Positions 39,618 to 52,047 of a DNA stretch of 64,000 nt are shown in pieces. Location: assembly GCA_046563655.1 (NCBI GenBank), contig CM102289.1, forward strand, positions 124,001 to 188,000, in the 5' to 3' direction. This stretch comes from Yuukianura sp. NJ FZ-2021. Lineage: Eukaryota. A program made the position numbers and the translations under genes. How positions within the stretch are numbered: position 1 is the stretch's first letter; each line of letters starts with the position of its first letter. The notes under the pieces were generated by a model. The model ran no database searches. It saw nothing but the letters and a program-made list of their open reading frames with translations, and had not been told where the DNA came from.

Positions 39618-42600
39618 TTAAGTTCCGTTGTTGAGAGCAGTGTCAGGTCTAAGTACATTTTGAGTTGCCATTTCATCATAGGCTATCGTAAACACACTCT
39701 TCTTCTCCAGCATTTTGTTTCTGTGTGCCATTCCAACAATTCCAATTCCAGAATCCTCATCCTCTTCTCGTAGAAGACGATCAAGGTCATCCGGGAGGAG
39801 GAGTACACCTCCTCCTCCGACCTCCACCCTCTCCTCCTCATGACGAACCTCCTTGCTAATCAAGAGCGGTGATTGGCCGGAAGTCACGTGGTTCTCACTC
39901 CTCTTACTCCCACGTGACCTCCCTCTACTCCTCTCTCTGTCTTCATCAACCACAAGCAAAGCGGGAATCGGAGATTTCGGATTTTCCATTTTCAGATTTC
40001 CGATTTTCGGAGATTTCGGATTCCTTGAAATTTTCCTATCTTTTTGCCGATCTTTGTGCCGATCTGCTCTGGGCGAACTCACATTCCCGTCGTCTTCAGT
40101 TTCACGACTTCTGGACCGATCTTTGGATTTTGAGTGGGACTTGGACCGTGTACCGTCTTTGTGTTTCCGGTGTTTCGGTTTTTGAGGTTCGCGGTGTGAG
40201 GGAGATTCGTCTTCTTCCGGTAGTTCCGGAATTTCTAGAGTGGAAGGATGCACGGTACGCCGGGAACCGACGGCTCCCTTTGGTCTGTGTTCTATTTCGT
40301 TCCTAAGTTGTAATGTTTCAGCGACATTGTCGCTCTGATGTCGCTGTGTGGCTAAGTGAAGTTTCTGGGTTTGTGATTGGTCGATTTCTGGACAAGCGTA
40401 GCCAATTGGAAGGCTTGGGTCTTGGAAATGTCGTGGATGTCGCTGGTCTTGTATGAAACGTCGCATGAGCAGCTCTTTTCCATCGTCACCATCGTAGTCC
40501 AACTGAAGAACCTCGCCAACATCCGTTCTAAAAATTTCGAAAAAAAAAAAAAAAAGTTTTTGAAAAAAAAATTCAAAAAAAAAATTTTTAGTCTTACCTA
40601 AAAAATCTTTGGTGTGGATGTCGTTGCGACCGAATTCGGTAATCTTCGGAGGGTGGAGCAGGGGGTAAACTGTGCGGAGGAGATCGAACGGGTGACAAAT
40701 TTTGAAATCTGCGTTTGCCGCTCATTCCATTTTCGTAATTTCCGCCATAATCTGAAAATCTGTCTGAAAAATATCCGTCGTTTCTTGCATTTTCGCCATA
40801 ATAAATTACACTTCCTCCCTCCGCTGAAGCGTCTCTCACTTTGTTCTGTTTTCCTCGTCTTCCTATTGGTTGATTTGAAAATCGCCATCTATCAGTGACG
40901 TTTCTTTGTTCACGGTCAAGGTCACGGTGACTCGCGACGTGAAAAACTTTGGTTTGACGTGGATCCCAGTCATCTGAATCTTGTCGCTGAACTTGCAATT
41001 GCGTCAAATTTTGATTTTGACGCAGTGGATTTCTGCCTCCGGCTGGACGCTGATCCAATCGCTGATCTCCACTCCACGCTTCTCTGACTCTCGGGAATCC
41101 ATTGACACTCGGATTGTAATCTTCGCTGTTTTTTAAAACAGTCGTCACTTGACGCTTCCGAGTTGAAGCCACAAGTTGGTCATCAGTGTCGTCAATTTCA
41201 AATTCACGATGCTCTTTTTTGGATTTGTGAATTTTGATTTTCCCGCCATCTCTGCTTCTACTGCGATTGTACAGGCAACAGGGACACAAAATGCAGATGA
41301 AGAAAATCAGAAATAGAATCAACAGAATTATTATGAGGGAGATCAGGATCCAAAACATATTCTGCCCCTCTGCCTTCACAGCCACCTAAAATTAAATAAA
41401 TATATTTAAAATATTATATAAAACATGAAATATAGCTGAATTGCTCTAACTATGTGTTGCAAGAGAGAGAAAAAAATAAATGGCTGAAGTGGGATTCGAA
41501 CTAGGGCATGCAAGTCCGGAATTCGAGTCCGAACTTTTTGCCTGGAAGATCCGACGGACTTTATTCGGCTCGACTCCGGATTCGAAGTTTAAAATTGGAC
41601 TTTATTGGACCCAGTTTGAGACGAATTATTTTTGTAGGAAACGAACTCCTAAACCCTTCGTTTGGCAAGATTTCGTATTTCATATTATAACTTTTCCTTT
41701 AAAAACTCAAGCTTTAAAGTCTCAGGGATACCTAAAACTTCTCCTTGATGAAATCTAGCTGTCTCGGGAATATCTAAAATTTCTTTTTGATAAAATCTAC
41801 TATCTAGCTTAGATTAGGTTAGGCTAGGATTTGAATATTAAAATTAGGTTAGGCTAGGATTTGAATATTAAAACTAGGTTAGGCTAGGATTCGAATATTA
41901 AAATTAGGTTAGGCTAGGATTTGAATATTAAAATTAGGTTAGGCTAGGATTCGAATAGTTAGATTAGATTAGGTTAGGATAGGATTCGAATCATTAGATT
42001 AGGTTAGGCTAGGATTGAAATCTTTAGATTAAGTTACGCTAGGATGCAATCTATGTAAGTCTTAAGAATATCTCAACTTTCTTGTTGCTGAAATCTACCT
42101 AAGTCTCATATAATATCTAAAATTTGTTTTTGACGAAATCTAAGTCTCCGGAAAACGAAATTTCTTCTTATTCCTCCTAAGCTAGGATGCGAATTCTTAG
42201 ATTAGGTTAGGCTAGGATGCGAGTTCTTAGACTAGATTAGGCTAGGATGCGAATTCTTAGATTAGATTAGGCTAGGATACGAATTCTTAGATTAGGTTAG
42301 GCTAGGATGTGAATTCTTAGATTAGGTTAGGATAGGATTATGTGCCATTTTTCGAGCAAAATGTTCGAGGAATATGCTGGAATAAATTTCTCGAGCAAAA
42401 TGCTCGAGGAATATGCTGGAGTACATTTCTCGAGCAAAATGCTCGAGGAATATAAATTTTTCGAGCAAAATGCTCGAGGAATATGCTGGAATAAATTTCT
42501 CGAGCAAAATGCTCGAGGAATATAAATTTTTCGAGCAAAATGCTCGAGGAATATGCTGGAATAAATTTCTCGAGCAAAATGCTCGAGGAATATGCTGGAA

Positions 42601-45600
42601 TAAATTTCTCGAGCAAAATGCTCGAGGAATATAAATTTTTCGAGCAAAATGCTCGAGGAATATGCTGGAATAAATTTCTCGAGCAAAATGCTCGACGAAT
42701 ATCATGGAATAAATTTTTCTCACCTAACCTAACCTCTCACCATTGAGCTACCTTCATACGTTCAAATCTCCCAATTAACCTGAAGTTTAGTTTAATTTAG
42801 TTTTCCTTAACTCACCGGTTCAGGAGTTGTTGTTTTTGTTGCTTCTGTTGTTGTTGTTCCTGTAGTTGTTGCGATCCTGTTTTCTTCTAAAATCATGAAA
42901 GACTTGAGTGCCTCTAGGTCAAAAACCCGATTTTTTCCGGCCATCGGAGAGTGAACCCGCGTCGTCACAACTGTTTTCTCGGTCTGTTTCTTCTGCTGCT
43001 CACTTTCTGTTCTATTTAGCGTTTCTATCTGCGCATGCTCTTCAACGTCGTACAAAATCTCCCCAAAGTTCCTGGGTTGCTCGTACTTTAAACTTCTAAA
43101 AGTTTTAGTTGGTTTGCTTTCTTGGTAGAGGTCAATGTTCTGAATCTCGGCGTGACCTCCGACTAAACTGGAAAGCATCTTCTCAATTTCCTTCTCCTCT
43201 TTCCTGATTTGCTCTGGAGATGCTGGAAAGAGGAACTGAATATCCTGAGACAAAACATCTTCACTAAACACTTCCACGGTTGCTTCAGCCGTGAGTGAGG
43301 GTGACCCCAGGTCATAGGCATTGACCTTGAAACTGCCCAGATACGGACTTGTGTCAGAAGTGACGAGACGAGATTTGACCTTGACCTCTCCCGTGACAGC
43401 GTCGATTGAAAACCGAGAATCTTGTGGAATTGAGTATCTGATGACAGAGTTGAGAGTGGAGTTGGAGTCTGCGTCTGTTGCTGTGATTTGGAGTGGCCAT
43501 TTCAGTCCATCTAGTTGTGGTGTGAGGATTGCTTTGTACGTGGCACTTTTAAAAATCGGTGGACAGTCGTTCACGTCCACAAGAGTCACAATCACCATGG
43601 CCATCGCAGAGTTCCGCACAAAAGCAGTCGAGATGCTCCGATTTTGCAATTTCGGAGGAATTTCTCCCCCGCCGTCTGTTGCAATCACGTAGAATCGCAT
43701 TTCTAAAAAAAATTGAAAACAAAAATTTATATTTTTTTACTCTATTTATCGGACTACACCGTGCACTGAAATATAATGCCTAGGACATAAATTAATGGTT
43801 AGCCTCGTGCCACAAAAACAACACATAACGTGAGCGTTATATGCCGATAAATCGGGGAATAATTTTTTTTGAAGTTTAGAGGTGAACCACCTTTACAAAA
43901 AAAAACATTTTTAGTGAAAGTTAAGAAAAATCAGTTTCTTCTTCCAGTAAAAAAAATGTTTGTCTATCGATTTGTGGGAGCGAGAGTGCAATTGTCTAAA
44001 AATCGTAATAAATCTACGCTAGATTTGCTCTCGTGCAAAGTTGTAATTAAGTCTTAGTAGTTTTAATTAGTTTTTGTTAATTAGTTTTCACCTGACTGTG
44101 TCTCTCTGTCCAGGAACTGTGGACTGTTGACTGTAATGAGTCCAGTGCCAGGGTCAATGTGAAATGCTTCCGATGCTGCCAGGAGACTGTACGATACTTG
44201 CCCATAATTCAAAGTATCGCAGTCTGTTGCCTCTACTCGTACGACGGTACTGCCAGCACCGGCATTTTCTGGTACTTCAACTCGGTACTCCTTTTGCACA
44301 AATACCGGTTTGCAGTCGTTCTCATCACGCACAAAAACTTCCACTTCAGCAGAACTTGTTAAATTCACAGAAAAAGAACTCGCAAGAACCTAAAAATAAG
44401 AAAAAAGTGGATAAAAAAAGTTGAAGATTGAACAATTTGTAGAATTATTTGAAGTTTTAGTTTATTACCCTGAATTTGAATATTTTTGTTTGCTCAAAGT
44501 CCAGGAGTTCTGGACGGATGACACGCAGTTCAAAGGTCATGTTGCGATGACCTTCTTCCGGAATGACCTCGAAAGGCAGTTGACTTCTTGACCTCTGCTG
44601 AGTTTCTTTAGAAGATTCAGTGTTTTGAAGATGCAGTGAAATACTGAGAGATGAAGACCCTGTCACCCAAACTTTGGTTTCTAAACTAAATCGCACTAGA
44701 GAACCAATCACCGCGTTTTCTTCAATTTCTCCCACGAACCTAAGAAACCAAATTAGTTTTCGTACAAATTCCAATTTTTAACAAAAAATCAATCAAAAAT
44801 TTTGAATTGAAGAATTTTCTGAGAGTTAAATTTTGTTGTCTTACTTTGAAGATGAGAATTGAATAGAAAGGTTTGTAGATTTAGTGGGTTGATTTATCCA
44901 GAAAGTGATGTTTCGGAGAGTGCGCGTTGCCTGCTGCCCGCTTCTGCGGAAACGGGCAAGTCCAGCAGGCACTTCTGCAGGCGGTACGATTTCTTCTGCT
45001 AAAATTGTTAGTTCAATCCGCTCATGCGGAGAAGCAGCTTCTCTCAACTCCCAAACATTCCGTTTCAGACGAATCTCGCCTGAAAAGATATTAAGTAAAT
45101 AATATTAATATATTAATAATAATTAATATTAAATTATATAAATTTTAAAGGTAAATAGAACTGACCTGACATGGCGTCAAGGTCAAAGAAACCCACGAAC
45201 GGATTGGAATCTGTGAGGAATCCGTAGCGAATCAGGCGTTTGTTTTTCTTGTCCCCATCTTCCGCACCCACTCGAGTAATCAAATCTCCCTAGTTTTTAA
45301 AATACAAAAGCAAAAACCCATTTTGAAATTTTTTTTGAAAACTTTTTTTGAAATTGATTGAATGAGGTCAGTTTGAGTGATTACCTTGGACATGTTGGTT
45401 GGAATGTGGACGACTGAGGAGAAAGTAGTGAAAGTGGGCGGAGAGTCCTGCGCGTCCTCCACTCCAACCACCACTCCACAAACTAAAACATTCCGAGTGT
45501 CAACACTAGAATTGGTATGGGCATTCTGAAAACAAAAAACCAGGTCACCAACTTCCGTCATTCATTTTTTAGTCGTTTATAGTCGTCAGTTTTAGTCGTT

Positions 45601-47736
45601 ACTGTCACTTTTAGTACTTGAGGTCAATCAATAGTCGATGCATATGTAAAAGTGGAGGTCAAAAACTTTTACATTTCATCAACTTTTTAAGTTTCATAAA
45701 CTTTTTGGAAATTTACTCTTTTGAACTGACCATTGCGAGAAGTTGAAAAGTGAACCAAGGTTCTACTTCATAGTCCAACTTTCTCTTTAAGTATAAGCTG
45801 CCTTCTGTCCGGTTGTTGGATAAAAGACGCTGACGAAGCTCAAGTCTCCCCTCCGGCTCCTACAAAAGTTCAAATTTTTAAAAAAAAAATCGAAGAAATT
45901 TTAAATTTTTAAAATTTTCAAAATTTCTTTTTGGAGAAATTTTTGGAAAGGCACTTTTGCAGCTCACCCGAAGTTCGAGGAGGACCATTCTGGAATTAAG
46001 CTCGTTTTTTCTGACAACGAACGAAGTTAACTTCGTTCCCACCGCTGTGTCCTGAAAATCAAAATTTAAAATCAAAAATCAAAATGTTAACTTTACAAAT
46101 TCTAAGTTTTAATTAGTTAACCACTTGGTTAATTAGTAACAAATCCTCTTCAATCCGTCATTGTTTGACTTGTTCCCATTTTGTTTGAGGATCAATTAAA
46201 ATTAGACTCAGGTTGTGACCCCAATAGACAAACAAAAACTCCGCTTTTTCTCTATTTGAAAAAGGAGTTGGAATTGTGTGACACAAATGTGAGGTTTGCA
46301 TGTTTTTTGAAAATTCAAAGGAGGGAGATTTAGGGAGAGTGAAAGTGTTTAAGTTGCACAACGCATGAACTCAATTTTGTAGTCAAAGTGAGTCAAGTGG
46401 TCGTTCACCCATAAACAAAAAAAGAAGAGTTTTTTTCAAAGTAAGCTTACAAAAAAAAGTCGCTTTAAAAATTTATTACAAAGCAGGAAAATATTTCCCA
46501 GTGGCGGTTTAAAATTTCATTTCGAAAGAACGAAAAAATGAAGAAAAAGTGTGTCACCATTTTGTGTCTTTTTTTTCTGCTGGCAGTAAAAGTTTCGTGA
46601 TGTGTTTGATTTGTGTCACCTTGCATAATTGACAACTTTACTCCCTCTTCCTCTTACTATTGATTTTGCACAGTGGGAAACCAAATCACTTTCCAATTCA
46701 AACTCATTTCTCGCCAAACAGCCACACTAAAATTCATCCCTCTCTCTTTTTTCTTTCTCTACCTTTCTCCCTCTGCCTAAATTTGTGCACCTCAAGTGTG
46801 TTTTTGTGAGTCACCACAAAAAGCTTTCACTTTGTGCTTTCACTGTCTGTCAACACGAACTTTTAGCGACTTTCACCCTTCTTGCTCCTCTCTACGAAAT
46901 TCCTCTTCCCCAAATGTCAATGCTTTCTCAATTTTAACCTTGCACAACTAAAATTGAGACATAAAATTTTAATGACAAACTTCTAAATGCGGCATGCGAT
47001 GTTTTTTGTCTCTTTGAAGTCATCTACCATCAAACTTCAACAACAAACTAAGCACTTTAGCAAAATTTCCAGTTTTGTGTTGACAGGACTAAAATAAAAA
47101 ATAAAATAATAAAACTAAAACTTGTATTTTGGACATGTAATTCAACTGGTGGAGAAAGTAGAGCACTACAATGACCTTGGAATTTGGGGCGAAAGTTTGA
47201 AACTTTCGTAGTTTGAAGACTAAAATTCAGTTTTCAACATACTAAATTTTGAAAGTTCCAACCTAAACTTTATGGAATTCGTAAGTTATTACCTCTGGGA
47301 AAGTGAGTGTGTTGGGGCCAAGGAGAGAAGGGAAGGAGGCGGAGGTTTGCGTGGCTGCGATGGCTGCCTTGACTCGCGTGAAGTCCCCCGAAGTGTCGCT
47401 CACTCTCAGCTGAAACTCATAAGTCCTCCCCATGTCAAGGGCCTTCTTGAGACTCACATCCGCCTGACACAGGGACTCTGTTTCAGAACACCCCAACAAC
47501 TCAATTCCAATTAAACTTGACCCCACTGACCCCAAAACTTCAAAGGTCAACGGGAAGTTCCGGTCGGAATCAGTGGCTTTTAATCGGTAGAACGGAGTTC
47601 CGATTGGCATGTCATGCGGAACAAGGACAATACGCATGTTGGTGTCCACGTCCAGCAGAGGGAAGTTTCCACAACTATTACAAGTCCACGAAAACATAAA
47701 CAACAGAACGGACAAAATTCTGCCGGAAACTTCCAT
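39618..47736 (-). CDS. Cad86C: Non-classical cadherin, Cad86C-like; multi-exon
   Basis: Signal peptide; first repeat MRIVLVPHD..FYRLKATD..FPLTFE..CQADV; cadherin motifs DAQDSPP, DENDCKP, DVNDCPP, LDRE; TM FWILISLIIILLILFLIFFICILCPCC; C-terminal DSGIG...LEKKSVFTIAYD. Orthology is from my recollection of the family. Confidence 0.82.
41480..42735. repeat. Compound repeat insertion in a cadherin intron: TTAGG-derived ~30-bp arrays followed by a palindromic minisatellite
   Basis: ATTAGGTTAGGCTAGGATT(T/C)GAAT arrays at ~41810-42040 and 42180-42340; (C/T)TCGAGCAAAATGCTCGAGGAATAT units of ~29/38 bp at 42350-42700. Confidence 0.8.
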
Positions 47737-48484
47737 AGTTCTTTCTGATTTGTGGTTTAAAAACTTCAATTTTTAAGTTCAAAATAAGTTTTCACTTTTT
47801 GTGGTCCTGTAAAGGATGAAAGACGGAGTGTATTTCTCAAGACTTGCCTTACTGTATCCTAAAGTTTTGTAAAATGGACGGAAATGGACGGATTTGAAAT
47901 ATTTCGGACAGCTATGATAATGGTTTGTAAAATGGGCGGGAGTAGACGGAAATGGACGGATTTGAAAGTTTTTCGGACAGTTCAGACTGTCCGTCCTCTC
48001 CCACTTTCACCCTCACTTCAACTGATTCACGAATTTTGTTTGCCCTCAAACGGGCGGTTTTCGGAGAAAGTTTGAGTTGACGACAAAAGTTGTTTACATT
48101 TCCACAGCGGTAAGTCATGCAACTGCGCACCAAATCCCTTCCTGACCACAATCCTCTCAAAATTTCAAAAATTTCAAAATTTTTGAACTTCAAAGGAAAT
48201 TGAAAATTTAGTTTAGTTAACTACCTAACCCGAACTCATATTTGAGTAAAGGAAGGAGAAAGCGTTGAAGTTGATTTGAAATTACTGGCGCCATCTCGCG
48301 GTTAGCCAAAACTCTTTGCATTATTGAAGAGTCGTGTAAGAATTCTGAGAAAAAAAGAAAGTTCGGAGAAAGTAAAAAAAAAAATCAATAGTCACTTCTA
48401 GAGTAGCCTCCGTGGAGGGACATACTAAACAGCACACTATAAAAGTGTAAATCAACTTTCAAAATCATTTCCAAATTGTTAAAA

Positions 48485-49400
48485 ATGTCGAGCGACATGC
48501 TGTCCCATCGTTCGTCTGACTTTGGACTCAAGTTGTTGTTGTCCAGAACAACTTTTCGTCCAGGAGACCACATTCCGTTTGAAGTCCTGATTGAGAATCC
48601 GCATGGAGTGCTGCTGGAATTCCTGACTGTGAAGATGATTCAAAATTCAATTGCAATTTCTAAGAAGAAGAGACGCTTCTCCAGTCCCAATCCACTCAAA
48701 GCTTTCAAAATGGAGACGCGCGAAGTGGCCTCGGAAACGTCTGGAGCTGGATATCACGAGACGAGTTGGTTCGGATTTCTCAAGATTCCGGAAGTCATAC
48801 TGCCCACTCTGCATACTTGGGATCCTCCCATGATGAATGTCATTCAAAACAACTACACTCTCCAGGTCAGTCAAGGTCAAAGGTCAACGTCAAAGGTCAA
48901 AGGTCAAACCTAATCTTTAAAAAATTGCTCAAATATTTTGTCCTTAGATTGTGGCGACGCAGTCTGAGCATTATCCTCTGCTCAGTAAGGAGTATCCTAT
49001 CAGAATCGACTACAACTTTAGCCGCAATGGACCGCAGCGCACTTTGGTGCAACAAATTGCTGACCTGTCGCTGACCCCGGGGGGTCAAAGGTCAGAGGTC
49101 AGCAGGTCACCGGGGATTCGACGTGGAACCAGCATGCTGGCCCCACCCAGTCCCAGTTTCAGTCTCCTTGGACCCCCACGCTACTCGTCGCTGTCGCTCG
49201 ACTCCATTTCATCACAAGCTGAAACTCTGTCAAGATCATTTGAGACTTGTAACAAATTTTTATAAAATTCTAAATTCTGAAAACTCTAATTCTGACAATT
49301 CTAAATTCTAAATTTTTAAAAATGTGTCCTTCATTTTTTAGTGCCGCCAAACTACGGAGACTTGGTGCCAAACGGAGCTGCGTCCGCCCTTCTCCGCTGA
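48485..49400 (+). CDS. Alpha-arrestin-like protein (arrestin C-domain plus PPxY motifs); 3 exons
   Basis: FRPGDHIPFEVLIEN, LKIPEVILPT, VIQNNYTLQ, YPIRI; PPRY and PPNY motifs in the tail. Confidence 0.75.
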
Positions 49401-49823
49401 ACGCTGAACTGACTGTTGAAAATGTAACATTTTTCTTATAAAATTTGTTTTAAAAAATGCGGGAATTTTAAATTGTTCTGACACAACAATGGCGCTGGAA
49501 GCTTAGGTGTGTTAATGTTTTGCTCTAAATAAATATTCGTCAAATGTCTCACTTTTCCATCAGGAAGATAAAGTTTTTATTATCTCCAGAATTATCTAAA
49601 CTTCTCTCACAAAATGACGTCTGAGATTTGACACTAGAGGCACAAAGACTAACACAAAATAGTCTATCAAAATGTTTATCCAAAACTCATCATGAAAAAA
49701 TATAAGCCCTGCGGTTTAGATGATTTGGATCATAATTTGATGGCTGCTACTAAAAAATATTCTTAAACTTCTGTTCAATCGTAAATATTTAACTCTTGAG
49801 AAAATATATTTTTTGTACTCTTC

Positions 49824-52047
49824 TCAAACCAAAGCGTTTTTTAGCGGATTAGCTGTACGGTAAGGCACTCGGTGGCGGTTGGAAGTGTTGTTGAGCAGAT
49901 TTCCAGCGCCATTCGACTGGGCTTTGGCTGGAGACGACGCTGAATTGATCGCTGCGTAAAAGGAAGTTGGTAGGCCAATCGTTTCTGCTCCTCCTATGAT
50001 GCAGTTCACACTTTCCACAAGTGTTTTCTCGTCAAGTGGAGTGATGATGAAGATCTTCTTGTCTCTCGTGTCAATATTCCGCACAATGCCGTAGCCAAAG
50101 AACTCAACTGGAGTTGTTGCCCTCCCTTCGTCCCACTGAATGACTCTGCATTCTGTGGTTGTCATGGCAACTCTCGTCAAAGTGTGCACAGACAGAGCAC
50201 ACAGAGCAACCAAGTTCCCGTTCACGACTTCCAGAGTTTTTGTGGCCGAAAAGTTCTTGTCCTTGCAGCCAAACGCAACCTTGTCCATTGGTAGACTGAA
50301 AAATAGAAAATAAAAATTTCATAAAGTTCAAAAAAAAAGTTTCATAAAATTCGAACTTTTAAGGTTTATGGGATTCAAGGTTCTTGTTGTGCTTGTGAAA
50401 TGTGATGTGACTTGGATTTACTTACACTTTTGGTCGAGTGCGCAGGAGATCAGTCCCAATTTCCGTAGCAAAGTAGGAGATCATCACAATTTCTCGCAAC
50501 GTCTTTGGAGTAGCACCCCTACAAAATCCAAAAAATCCATCCACAAATTATTTTTGTTGAAGATTTAGTTTTTTTTAAATGAAGTTACGGTTGTGTCTGT
50601 GCGGCATTGGTGTTTGGATGAGGTGCCTCGTGACTGCACACAGATGGAAATTCATACATCCTGTGGTTGGCATGGACTGAAGTTGACGGTGGGCGTGGTC
50701 CATTGTTGCCAGAGAATTGGTTGGAACTAGGCGTAAAGTCGGTCGTGTACCGAGTCACATATTGTGAAGTGAGCAGAGACGGAAATGCAAGTTGTTTGTT
50801 GTTTGTACGAATTTGAACAACTGAAGACGGCTCGAACATTCTGATTGTCTCAACAGCAAAGTCAATCCCAAGACCTACAACATCAACATAAAATGTAAAC
50901 ACACACTGGTTCAAACGTTTACCAAATTTTTAAAATTTTGAAACGATTTAAAAACGATTTGACTCACCAGTACAATAGCCCATTGTGTTCAGCACAATTC
51001 TTCTCGTCCTCAACGTTTCATTTCCTTTGATGAATTTGGCCAGTTCTCTCATTGCATTGACGTATATGAAACGATCGTCCGTCGCAGAAACACTCCCAAT
51101 GTAAAAGGCTCTGAAACAAATACAAAAACCTTACATGAAACTAAAAACGTAAAAGTTAGTTTCTTTTCACTTACTTGAGTGGTTTTTGCAAATGAGTGTA
51201 GTTTGGTCCAAGTAGTGGTTTGGTCAACTCATGGACTGAGATGACTCCAGGAGGAGTGAACTCTGGTTGGCCAATGTCCACATCCACAAAAAGAACTGGA
51301 CCGGTGTAGTATTTTGACAGGAGTTGATTGACCAGCCAACGATTGAATGTCGATTTCCCAACTCCCTTTCCCCCAAATGTAGCAATCCGTGTCCTTGGCG
51401 ATGTGGCTAAACAAATAAATGACATTAATTCCATGATTAATAATCGAAAGTAAGAGTGTCTTACATAGAATGTTGCTCAGAATGGTGTCCCATCCCTTAG
51501 GTACATCCAGCACTTTATTTTCTACGGCCATCCGATCCGGAAACAACTTAACTCCCATCTTAAAAATCAAAGAGTTGACTGGCGGAATTGTAGTGAGACT
51601 TAGCCCCACCACCTTCGGCCCCACCAATTCCTCCCCTCGGCTGAAGTACTCCCGCATCCCATCGCACCACCGATTGTCAATCGCATGTAGGACGATCACA
51701 GCTCCTTCCATTTCCTTGAGTTGCTGGACAGTGACTGGATGAGGAGTTGAGGGGAGATGCTGGCCCTCTTTCTCCAGAAACTGCTTCACATTGTCCTCAT
51801 TCCTCAGCGGAGATGAATTGACTGATTCTATGGTGAGGAGACTGTAGTGTGTCTTGGGACTGTAGAGGGGCAGTGCAGGGTAAGTACTCAGGATGTCCAT
51901 GCCCATGACCTTCACTGACCCCTTCAGCACCAGAATCTCACATTGACCTTGGATGGCCACTTTTGTATGTGGAGCCATCTCTACAAGGAGGTTTTTGCGA
52001 CTGAGAGGGCGATAGGTCACACCCTCCTTCAACTGCTTGAACTCCAT
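49824..52047 (-). CDS. NOL9: Polynucleotide 5'-hydroxyl kinase, NOL9/Grc3 family; multi-exon
   Basis: Walker A GGKGVGKSTFNRWLVN, DVDIGQPEFTPPG, LNTMGYCTGLG, VNGNLVALC, GYGIVRNID..IFIITP. Confidence 0.9.

Noticed and set aside
42350..42700. CRISPR-like array of palindromic repeats
   Set aside because: The intervening sequences are two recurring linkers, not unique spacers; no cas genes; eukaryotic intron context.
42322..42746. Several ORFs in the track (FLEHFAREIYSS repeats)
   Set aside because: They are translations of the minisatellite in multiple frames.
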